A stretch of 64,000 bases of DNA from the human T2T-CHM13v2.0 reference genome, Homo sapiens: assembly GCF_009914755.1 (NCBI RefSeq), contig NC_060927.1; one strand, written 5' to 3'. The notes below the pieces were generated by a model. It was given only the letters and a program-made list of their open reading frames with translations. It did not search any database and had not been told where the DNA came from. Position 1 is the stretch's first letter; the number at the start of each line of letters is the position of its first letter. Positions 26,799 through 38,100 of this stretch are shown here, one piece after another. Position numbers and translations under genes: made by a program.

Positions 26799-27389
26799 TG
26801 AAACCATCCCCACAAGATTGACAAGAATTGCATGCTGTGTTTAGACAGACATATAGTTACTATATAATTAAGCATTAATCAGGCTGCACTTCCTTGTTGC
26901 TAAAAGTCACTTAGCACTAGATACCCCCTACCCACCATTTGCATTACCCTTTTCCTTGTAGGTAGGATTTCTGACGTTAGGATCATAAGACCATTTAAGA
27001 ATTGGATTGCATCCCCATTGTTCTATAGACAAAATCTCTGACATTAGAATCATAAAGCTTTTGTTTAAGGACCAATTAAGATGTTTTTCAGACTATGAAT
27101 TTTAGCAATGTTAGTTGAAGACTCCCATAGGGGAATGGGATCAGCGTGAGAGTACAGCTTCTCCCTGCTCCATGATGTCATCCTGCACTCTTCAACCAAT
27201 CAACAATCTCCACACTTCAATCCACTTCAAAACCGTTGAAAACCCTAGTCCCAAACTCCTCAGAGAGGTGGATTTGAAGTTCCTTTCCATCTCCTCCTAT
27301 GATTAAACCTCTTGTTCTGCTGCATCCCAATGCCATGGTATATTGACTTGACGTGTGCATCAGGTAACAGATCTATTATGTTTATAGCA
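26799..27389 (+). mobile_element. ERV1 solo LTR of the MER4 group (MER72/MER49-like)
   Basis: tgaaaccatccccacaag.ttgacaagaattgcatgc...aattaagcattaatcaggctgcac; ATTAAA polyA signal ~27302. Confidence 0.75.
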
Positions 27390-27494
27390 ATAATATCATT
27401 GTGTGGATTATCAACTGGTTGAATAACTTTATTGTAGGATATCTATTAGCTTATATAACTCTCATTATGATCATGCAATTAATTTTGGAGCAAA

Positions 27495-27901
27495 AATGCC
27501 CATCAATGATAGACTGGATTAAGAAAATGTGGCACATATACACCATGGAATAATATGCAGCCATAAAAAAAGATGAGTTCATGTCCTTTGTAGGGACATG
27601 GATGAAGCTGGAAACCATCATTCTCAGCAAACTATCGCAAGGACAGAAAACCAAACACCGAATGTTCTCACTCATAGGTGGGAATTGAACAATGAGAACA
27701 CTTGGACACAGGAAGGGGAACATCACACACTGAGGCCTGTCGTGGGGTGGGGGGAGGGAGGAGGGATAGCATTAGGAGATATACCTAATGTAAATGACGA
27801 GTTAATGGGTGCAGCACACCAACATAGCACATGTATACATATGTAACAAACCTGCACATTGTGTGCATGTACCCTAGAACTTAAAGTATAATAATAATTT
27901 A
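27495..27901 (+). mobile_element. 5'-truncated L1PA (L1PA5-like) 3' end
   Basis: ORF2 C-terminus and 3' UTR with G-tract and ccctagaacttaaagtataataa; TSD aaaaatgcc at 27492-27500 and 27902-27910. Confidence 0.93.
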
Positions 27902-27929
27902 AAAAATGCCAAATGAATTACTACCACAC

Positions 27930-28425
27930 ATTGAAAATATGAAAAAGCAGAAAACATGTTTTCTCCTTTCATACAGCTTACAATCCTGTGGAAGACAAAA
28001 AGTAAATAACAATTTCAAGTATTTACAGAAGTATCCACAGGACCATACAAATGAAAGTGCCAACTAAACTTAGGGTTTAGGCATAGAAAACGCCCGCATG
28101 AGGTTGTGATTTAAACTGTATCTAAAGGATAAGTAGTTTTAGCTAAATTATTCAGGAGATGATTGAAGTGGAAAGTACTCTAGGAAGAAGAAACAATGAG
28201 TGTGAAGCTATTCTGAGGCTGAGCTCATTATGTTAGAGAAAAAACTAAAAGAGAGAAGTATAAATGGAACAAAAAGAGCAGAGTTGTATTAAAAGAGACT
28301 GGAGCTACAGGATAGAGGATTTTGTTGTATATGCTGATATTTTGGATCTTAAATTGTAATGGAGAGCCAATATTATTATATAATAAAGTAAAAAAAAAAA
28401 CTATGAGAAAGAGAAAATATGTTTG
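27930..28425 (-). mobile_element. L2 fragment (degenerate)
   Basis: agcttacaatc, tctaaaggataagtag, ctaggaagaagaaacaa, tgtaatggagagcca motifs. Confidence 0.55.
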
Positions 28426-28430
28426 GTGTT

Positions 28431-28881
28431 TGTTATGGGTTGAATTGTTTACCCCCAAAGTATATATGCTGAAGTTCTAACACCTGATACTCAGAATGTG
28501 ACCTTGTTTGGAAAGAAGGTCATTACAGATTTAATTAGTTAAGAGAAGGTTGTACTGGAGCAGTGTGGACTCCTAGTACCATATGTCTGGTGTCTTTATA
28601 AAATGAGAATTGTGGACATAGACACATATATACACACAAGGGAGAAAACCATATAAAGATGAAGAGAGATTGATGCAGAAGAAACCACAGATTTCCAGCA
28701 AACTACCAGAAGCTAGGGGAGAGCCTGAAACATATTCTGTGTCACAGCCCTCACTCAGAAGGAACCAATCCTGCCAACATCTTGATCTCAAACTTCTCGC
28801 ATCTAAAACTGTGAGATAATAAACTCTGTTGTTTAAGACACCAGCTGTGGGACTTCTTCCAGCAGCCCTAACACACTGTCA
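28431..28881 (+). mobile_element. MLT1B-like MaLR solo LTR
   Basis: tgttatgggttgaattg...cagaatgtgaccttgtttggaaa...gaaggaaccaatcctgccaaca...actgtgagataataaa. Confidence 0.85.
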
Positions 28882-29168
28882 GAATTAGGATTCACCATGA
28901 TGACAAAGGCAGTAGCAAAGGGCTGAATCTAAAAAGATAAAATTATTTAGGGTTAAACATGAAGTCTTTCCCTGGGTCAGATCTTGTTTGTGCAAGTAAA
29001 TGGTCCCAGAGATATGATCTAGCAGTTGCATGAGATTAATAAAAGGTATACTTTTTTAATTTGAAGTGTACCTACCATGATTCATTGGTATACTTTGCAG
29101 CTTACTTATATTTCAAAGTACATTTTAAAATATAATATTTGGTTTAATAATAAAATATTTCAAAATAT

Positions 29169-29326
29169 TTGTCAGTCTTGACAAGACTGACAAGTTCTTC
29201 CAGGATTTCTTCTTACTTGTTCTTCAACAAGTAAGAAGTAACTTGTTCTTCAAGAACTTCAACAAGCAACTTGTTCTTCAACAACTTGTTCTTCAACAAG
29301 TTCTTCCAACATTTCCTTCTTACTTG
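29169..29326. repeat. Complex cluster of hairpins and direct repeats
   Basis: 12-bp and 13-bp perfect inverted arms, acttgttcttcaa four times, and a ~30-bp flanking direct repeat. Confidence 0.9.
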
Positions 29327-29464
29327 ACCCTTGTCTACACTAGTCAGCAACATGCAAATTGCATTAAGAATTAGTTTTGTTATACTAATATGTTTACAGT
29401 AAAATTGAAAAGATAAAGAAAGATTACAAAGAAAAAAGGTTTTTTTTTCATTTTTAAAATCTGA

Positions 29465-30519
<1,055 letters not shown>

Positions 30520-30726
30520 GTACATTCCTGTAGAGTAGAAGTTGGCAGCCACCTTTTGTTTTTGTAAATAAAGTTTTATTTACACCATTTAAAAAAAAAG
30601 AAATAATAATTTTAAAATTTAAGCCTTTTAATTTGTAATACTAAAGGTTTTATAGTGGTGTGTTTTCAATGTTTGTTTTGAAAAAATAACAGAAAAGGAA
30701 AGAATACAGAACATAGTCTTGTGCTC

Positions 30727-30761
30727 TAAATTTGCAGAATTTATTAAATTCTGCAAATTTA
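30727..30761. repeat. Perfect palindrome, 17-bp arms and 1-nt spacer
   Basis: taaatttgcagaattta-t-taaattctgcaaattta. Confidence 0.95.
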
Positions 30762-31319
30762 TTTTCAAAAAAACCCATTCTCTGTCCTTTACATTTTTTT
30801 TTTCTCATTTCTTAACATGGGAGCATAAATCATTTACTGGGTAATTTTCTTCTCTAAGAAAAGGATTTGATGATATCTATTTTCCTGTAAGCACCACTTT
30901 GGTTTCTTTCCCAACATTTTGATGTGTAGGGTTCTTATTTTTATTCAGCTCAAACTGTTTTCTAATTTTACTTCAGATGTCTTCTTTGTACCTTGGTTTA
31001 CTTAGAAGTGCATTGTTTAGTCTCCAAGTATTTGAGGAATTTTCCAGATATTTTCCTGTTATAATTTTCAAGTTACTGTAATCAGGTAATATACTTTGCA
31101 TGATACTAATCCTTTTAAATATAATTAGAATATTTTTATGGCCCAGTATCCTAACTCAGTTGATGTTTTATGTGCATCTGAAAGAAATGTGTATTTCACT
31201 CTTGCGTAGTCATTTAAGTCAGGTATAGATTAGGTCACATTGCTTGGTAGCATTGTTCGGGCATTTTACATGCTTTTGGATTTCCTCTCTACATATTCAA
31301 TATTGACAGTAGAGTGGTT

Positions 31320-31608
31320 GGCCAGGCTCGGTGGCTCACGCCTGTAATCATAACACTTTGGGAGGCTGAGGTTGGGGGATCATCTGAGGTCAGGGGTTCG
31401 AGACCAGCTTGGCCAGCACGGTGAAACACTGTCTCTACTAAAAATACAAAATTCCGCTGGGCATGGTGGTGCATGCTTATAATCTCACCTACTTGGGAGG
31501 CAGGAGAATTGCTTGAACTCAGGAAGCAAAAGTTGCAGTGAGCCAAGATTGCGCCACTGCACTCCAGCCTGGGTGACAGAGTAAGACTCTGTCTCAAAAA
31601 AAAAAAAA
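31320..31608 (+). mobile_element. AluS (Sx/Sz-like) followed by (AG)n
   Basis: Full dimer with A tail; TSD agtagagtggt/agtagaatggt. Confidence 0.93.
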
Positions 31609-31859
31609 GAGAGAGAGAGAGAGTAGAATGGTAAAGTCTTCTATTTTATTAAATACTGTGGCTCTGTGTATTCATTCAATTATATCAATTATTGCTTCAA
31701 GTATTTTGAGGTTCTGTTACTAAGGGCATATACATTTAGAATTGTTGTGTTTTCTTAATGGATTGACATCATTATCATTGTAATGTCCCTCTTTATTCAT
31801 GGTAATATACATTGTTCTGAAGCTTTCTTTACTTGATATTAATTTAGTAACTACAGCTT

Positions 31860-32539
31860 TGCTACTGGTGGCAAATCCGTATAGGTCTGCAACAACCTCA
31901 ATTCTTGCCTCTTCAGAAGAAAGAATTCAACCAAGGGGCATAAGGCAGCATGAGAGACTGAGGCAAGTTTTAGAGCTGGAGTGAAAGTTTATTAAAAGGC
32001 ATTAAACAGAAACAAAAGGAAGGAAAGTAAACTTAGAAGAAGGTCAAGTGGAAGACTTGAAAGACAAGTGTCTGGTTTGACCTATTGATGTGGGGTTTTA
32101 TACATTGGCATGCTTACAGGGTCTTAGATCTCTTCTCCCCTGATTCTTCCCTTGAGGTGGGCATCCACATGGGCAGTGGCCTGCTGACACTGGGGAGGTG
32201 AGCATGCGCAGTGTATTTACTGGAGTTGTATACACACTCGCTTGGGGCATTCTTCCCTTACCAGGAAGAATACCAGTTAAATGCCACCTTTTTGCCTCTT
32301 AATGCACATGCATGAGCCCACTTGCCCAACTCCTGAGATCTTATTGAGAAGATAATCTCAATTTTAGGTTTTTTCTATCTATTGGGAGACTGCCTTTCCC
32401 TGGCGCCAGCTTCAGCCAATTATTTTTTAGAGAGGCAGCTTAACAACTGCCTGACCATCTTCCAGTGGTTGCTAGCATTCTTGGTATGGGGAGGCCCTCT
32501 TCTGCCCTGTTCATGTCTGACTAGCTGCCTACTATAACA
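31860..32539 (-). mobile_element. MER50-like ERV1 solo LTR
   Basis: TG...CA ends; gcaacctcaattcttgcctc..cagaagaaagaattc-like motif; 4-bp TSD gctt at 31856-31859 and 32540-32543. Confidence 0.88.
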
Positions 32540-32977
32540 GCTTTCTTTTAAATGTTTCAGAGTAGATCTCTTTCTTCATTCTTTATTTCTTTTAACCTAC
32601 TGTAAATGTATTTACATTTTTTATTTATATATTTATATTATGTATCATATTTCTAAGAAATTTTTATACATGCTGTATTTATCTTCAAAGTAGTTTTCTT
32701 CCATAAAGCATTTGAGTTTTGTTATTTTATCTGATTTACAAACTCTGTCTTATAATTGGAGTGTTTAGACAATTTACTTTGAGTTAACTATTGATATGGT
32801 CATATTTAAATCTCACTTGATTATCTCGTTTGTATTTGTGCCATCTGTTCCTGTTCCTTTTTTAAAACTTTTCCTGCCTTCTTTTAGATGAATTGATTAT
32901 TTTTGTGATTCTATTTTCATATTCAGTCATCACTATTTAGGTAGCACAGTTCACTTTTTAGCAGTTGCACTAGCCGA

Positions 32978-33055
32978 TGTTTTTAAATTTCAGCATATAT
33001 CACCTGGAGAGCTTATACAAACAGAAATTGCTGACCACCACATCCAGAGTTTCTG
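32978..33055. mobile_element. MER5A-like hAT fragment
   Basis: atcacctggagagctt...aaacag..attgctg...ccagagtttctg. Confidence 0.6.
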
Positions 33056-33386
<331 letters not shown>

Positions 33387-33626
33387 TTAAAGTTCCTGAA
33401 ATACTATTCTGATATACTAGTTTTCTTATAAGGCGAAGGGAAGTTACACTTTTAAAATTATGTTTTATTTAAGTAATTAATTTCATTTACTTATTTTTAA
33501 TTGCCTTCAAAAGCAATCGTTGAGGACCAGTCTCCTAGTTATGTGTGACTTAATCAGATTCAATTTCAGGTTTATTTTATAATGAGATTAATGACGAAGT
33601 TAAAGAAATTTAGTTTAAAATTAGAC

Positions 33627-33933
33627 TTTTTTATTTTTTCCGTGAAGATAGGATCTCCTTCTGTCACCCAAACTGGAATGCAGTGGCACCTTCATAGCTC
33701 ACTCACCGCAGCCTCAAACTCCTGGGCTCAAGTGACCCTCCTGCTTCAACTTCTCAAATAGCCAGGACTACTGGCACATGCCACCATGACTGGCTAATAA
33801 TTTTATATTTTTTTTGGTACAGACAGAGTCTCACTACGTTGGCCAGGTTGGTCTTGAACTCCTGGGCTCAAGCTATCCTCATGCATTGGCCTCCAAAAAC
33901 ATTGGAAATACTGTGTGAGCCGTTGCGCCTGGC
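33627..33933 (-). mobile_element. AluJ
   Basis: Antisense dimer (ctcctgggctcaag twice); TSD ttagacttt at 33621 and 33934. Confidence 0.9.
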
Positions 33934-34115
33934 TTAGACTTTACTAAGACTAAAAGTGAAGCACTCTCCACGCTGTAGTTCACCTCAACAAATGTTCCAC
34001 AAAATCAAAAATATAAGTTTTAGCTAACCTTAAAAGTCATAGATGTATAATATACATTTATTAAAATGAACTAGTTAAACCATATGTACCATACATTACA
34101 GACCTTAAGTATATA

Positions 34116-36530
34116 CAGTCACAGCTTGAAGATACTCCAATTCAGTTCCAAACCACAACAAGGCAAATATCATAATCAAGTTAGTCACACAAATTTTTTG
34201 GTTTCTGAGTGCAAATAAAAGTTGTGTTTACATTATTCTGTAGTCTATTAAGTGTGCAACAGCATTATGTCTAAAAATATATATACCTTAATTTAAATAT
34301 ACTTTATTGCTATAAAATGCTAACAGTCATCTGAGACTTCAGTGAGTCATAATCATTTTGCTGATGGAGTTTCTTGCTTCCATGTTGATGGCTGCTGACT
34401 GATCAGGGTGGTGTTTGCTGAAGGTTAGGCTGGTTGTGTCAATTCTTAAAAGAAGGCAACAATAAAGTTTGCCATATTGGTTGATCCTTTCACAGAAGAT
34501 TTATCTGTAGCATGCAGTGCTGTTTGATAGCATGTTATCCACTGTAGACCTTCTTTCAAAATTATAGTCAAATCTCTCAAATCCTGCTTCTGCTTTATCA
34601 AATAAATTAATGTAATATTCTAAATTATTTGTTGTCATTTCAACAATGTGCATAGCATCTTCACCAGAAGTGCATTTCATCTCAAGAAACCATATTCTTT
34701 GCTCATCCATGAGAAAGAACCTCATCCACTCAGGTTTTAGGATGAGGTTGCAGCATTTCAGTCACATATTTAGGCTCCACTTCTAATTCTTATTATCTTG
34801 CTATTTCCACCATAACTCCACTCCAGTCTTAAACTCCTAAAAGTCATTCATGAAGGTTAGAACCAGCTTCTTTCCAACTTCTGTTAATGTGAATATTTTG
34901 ACCTTCTCCCATGAATTATGAATGTTCTTAATAACATTTAGAATTATGAATCCTTTAAGATGATCTTCAGCTTACTTTGCACAGATCCATCAGGGGAATC
35001 TCTACCTCTGTAGACTATAGCCTTGCAAAATGTATTTTTTAGATAATAAGACTTGAAATTTACATAATATCTAAATAATCTAAACTTGAAAGTTACTCCT
35101 TGATCCATGGGCTATAGAATGGATGTTATGTTAGTAGACATAAAAACAACACTAATATGTTTGTACATCTCTGTCAGTGCTCTTGGGTGAGCAGTAATAT
35201 TTTAGAAGAAGTTTTTTTTCTTCTGAAATGTAGGTTTTAACAGTGGGCTTAAAATATTCAGTAAATTATGTTATAAACAGATGTGCTGTCATCCAGACAT
35301 TGTTGTTCAATTCAACAGGAAGAGTAACTTTAGCACAATTCTTAATAGCTCTAGGATTTTTTGAACATCAAATGAGCATTGGCTTCTACTTAAAGTCACC
35401 AGTTGCATTAGTTCTTATCAAGAGAGCTGAGCTGCTTTTTTAAAGCTTTGAAACCACGCATTGACTTCTCTTCTCTAGCTATGAAAGTCCTAGATGGCAT
35501 CTTTCTCCAATAGAAGGCTGTTTCACCTACATCAAAAATCTGTTATTTAGTGTAGCCACCTTCATAAATTTCTTAGCTAGATCTTCTGGGTGACTTGCTG
35601 CAGCTTCTACATTGGCACTTGCTGCTTTATCTTGCACTTTTATGTTATAGATACGGCTTCTTTCCTTAAACCTCATTGACTAACCTCTACTAGATTCCAA
35701 CTTTTTTTTCTGCAGCTTCCTCACCTCTCTCACCCTTCATAGAACATGAAGAGATTTAGGGCTTTGCTCTGGATTAGGCTTTGGCTTAAGGAAAATTTGT
35801 GGCTTGTTGGTTGGCTCTTCTATCCAAATCACTCAAACTTTCTCCATATCGTCAGTAAGCCTGTTTCACTTTCTTTTTATTTATGTTTTCTCAGGAGTAG
35901 TACTTTTAGTTTCCTCGAGAACTTTTCCATTGCATTCACAACTTGACTGTTTTGCACAAGAGGCCTAGCTTTTGGCTCACTTTGGCTTTCAACATGCCTT
36001 CCTCACTAAGCTTAATCATGTCTAGCTTTTGACTTAAAATGAGAGATATGTGACTCTTCCTTTTACTTAAACACACAGAGGTTATTGTAAAGTTATCAAC
36101 TGGCCTAATTTCAAAATTTTTGTCTTAGGGGATAGTGAGGCTTGAGGAGAGAGAGAGAGAGAGAGAGAGACAAAGAGAGAGAGAGATTGTAGAACAGCTG
36201 GTTGGTGGAGCAGTCAGAACATGTGTATTTATCAATTAAGTTCACCATCGTATATGAGTGGGGTTCATGATGCACCACAACAATTACTATAGTAGCAACA
36301 GAAATCACTGATTACAGATCATCATAACAATTGTAATAATATTGAAAACATTTTAAATGTTGCAAGACTTACCAAAATATGACACAGGGACAAGAAGTGA
36401 GCTCATACCACCAGAAAAAATGACATCAAGAGACTTGTTCAATGCAAGGTTGCCACAAGCCTTCAATTTGTAAAAAGTGCAATATCCGTGAAACACAAAA
36501 ACGGAAGTACAATAAAAAGAGTTATGTCTC
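34116..36530 (-). mobile_element. Tigger1 (TcMar-Tigger/pogo-like), near full length ~2.4 kb, transposase decayed
   Basis: Degenerate TIRs (cagtcacagct... and ...gagttatgtctc) flanked by TA; ORF 34501-34725 has LMDEQRIWFLEM...GEDAMHIVEMTT, the Tigger1 transposase C-terminus. Confidence 0.92.
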
Positions 36531-36913
36531 TATATTTTCAATTGAGTTAACAGCTTTAATAATTTCATTGACAGACTTATTATCCAGTTTTTGGAAAAGA
36601 CAATCAGGGAACAGTATAAAAATAATATCTGAAATATTTTTAAGCCCCTGTCTGACATTGTCCTCTTTTATTTAACTCTAGTCAAAGGCATGTATTTTGG
36701 GTATAATTTTATTGAGGATCTGTCCCATGAGTAAATCAAAGAAGGTTAAAATATCCTTGTACTAAATCCTCATTTAGCTACGCAGGAATATCTATTTGGA
36801 ATATAATATTACTGCAAAAATAAGACAGAAATAAGAGATAATTACATGAAAATCACTGTGACAAAATCTTTACTTTTATCCACAGACTAATAATAGCTCC
36901 ATATTAATGTAGG

Positions 36914-37001
36914 TGTTTTAAGTCAGTGTTTGCCAGAGAAACACAACCAATGGGATGTATATTTGTGGTTGTGTATGTGTGTGTGTATATATACATATGC
37001 T

Positions 37002-37033
<32 letters not shown>

Positions 37034-37417
37034 CAGAGAGAGAGAGACAGAGAGATAGGTAGATGAAGATGTATAAGTAATTGGTTCACATGATTATGAA
37101 GGCTGTCAACTCCAAATCTTCTATGTGGGCCAGGAGGCAGGGGACCCAGAGAATCAGTAGTGCAGTTCCAGTATGAAGGCTGGCAGGTAGGGACCCAGGA
37201 GAACCAATAGGTGTCGATAAAGTCCAAAGGTAGTCTTCTGGAGAATTTCCTTTTGCATGTGAAGTCAGTACTTTTTGTTTTATTAACTTCTTTGAGTCAT
37301 TGGGTAAGGCCTATCCACATTAGGAAGGACAAGCTGCTTTACCCAGAGTTTACTGATATAAATGTTCATCTCATTCTAAAACACCCTCTGAGTTGTTATA
37401 CAAAATTAACTATCACA
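36914..37417 (-). mobile_element. MLT2-type ERVL solo LTR with internal TG/TA/GA microsatellite
   Basis: ccagagaaacacaaccaat, aattggttcacatgattatg, aaatgttcatctcatt and aaaattaactatcaca end. Confidence 0.85.
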
Positions 37418-37654
37418 CAAAGTATGTATTCTATTTCCTTGAGTCTTAAGTTGGAACCAAAAATCAACATTAAAATATGGTAATAAGGAAACACATTTGC
37501 AAATACTCGAAAAATCTCCATTATATGATTGAAGTATGCAAGTTTCCCTATAAAGTGTCCACATGAATAGCTGTTGTGAAACAGAATGCATGGTTATAAA
37601 TAACTAGTGTTTTCTGAAGGACTTTTGTTTGTATTATTTATCTACATAGAGACT

Positions 37655-38100
37655 CAGTGAATGCCATTTCCTGCATCTGCTCCTCCCTTCAGGACAAAGG
37701 CATCAGTTGCTCCAGCTGATAGAAGTATTGCCTCTTGGCAGCTAATAGTTGTCTCTCCCCAGAAGTTGCGTTAGACTTAAGGGAGCTGTTTCCCCCAAGG
37801 TTAAGCCTTCTCCTCAGGGCAATTTGTATCCAAAAACTGGTCAAAATGGTGGTACCAAAAAAAAAAAATAGTGCTACCCTTGCTTCAACGGGTGGAGGGT
37901 TAGACAACTTAGAGGGCATGTCCTAGCTTGAAAGCTGCTTAGGGTATTAATTGAAGTCTTTGTTGAAAATACTTTGCAGTTTAACTACTCCGTGTATCCA
38001 ATTCTGTTTATCTCACTCTCTCACAGGTGTTTATTCCTTCCCCCAATAAACCATTCTATATGCAAATTTCCATAAAGTCTATGTCTGAGCTAACATAAGG
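37655..38100 (+). mobile_element. LTR16-like ERVL LTR
   Basis: cccttcaggac, ccccaagg, ccttgcttcaa, ctcacaggtgt...cccaataaacc motifs. Confidence 0.65.

Larger units (their letters stand above)
30870..32940 (-). mobile_element. Old L1M ORF2 5' fragment, interrupted by an Alu and MER50
   Basis: T-rich antisense L1 endonuclease-region motifs (ttttcctgtaagcacc, gtgcatctgaaagaaatgtgtat, tataattggagtgtttagac). Confidence 0.75.

Noticed and set aside
29169-29326. CRISPR-like repeat-spacer array
   Set aside because: Primate DNA, 13-bp repeats, irregular 2-15 bp gaps derived from the same local sequence, and no cas genes.
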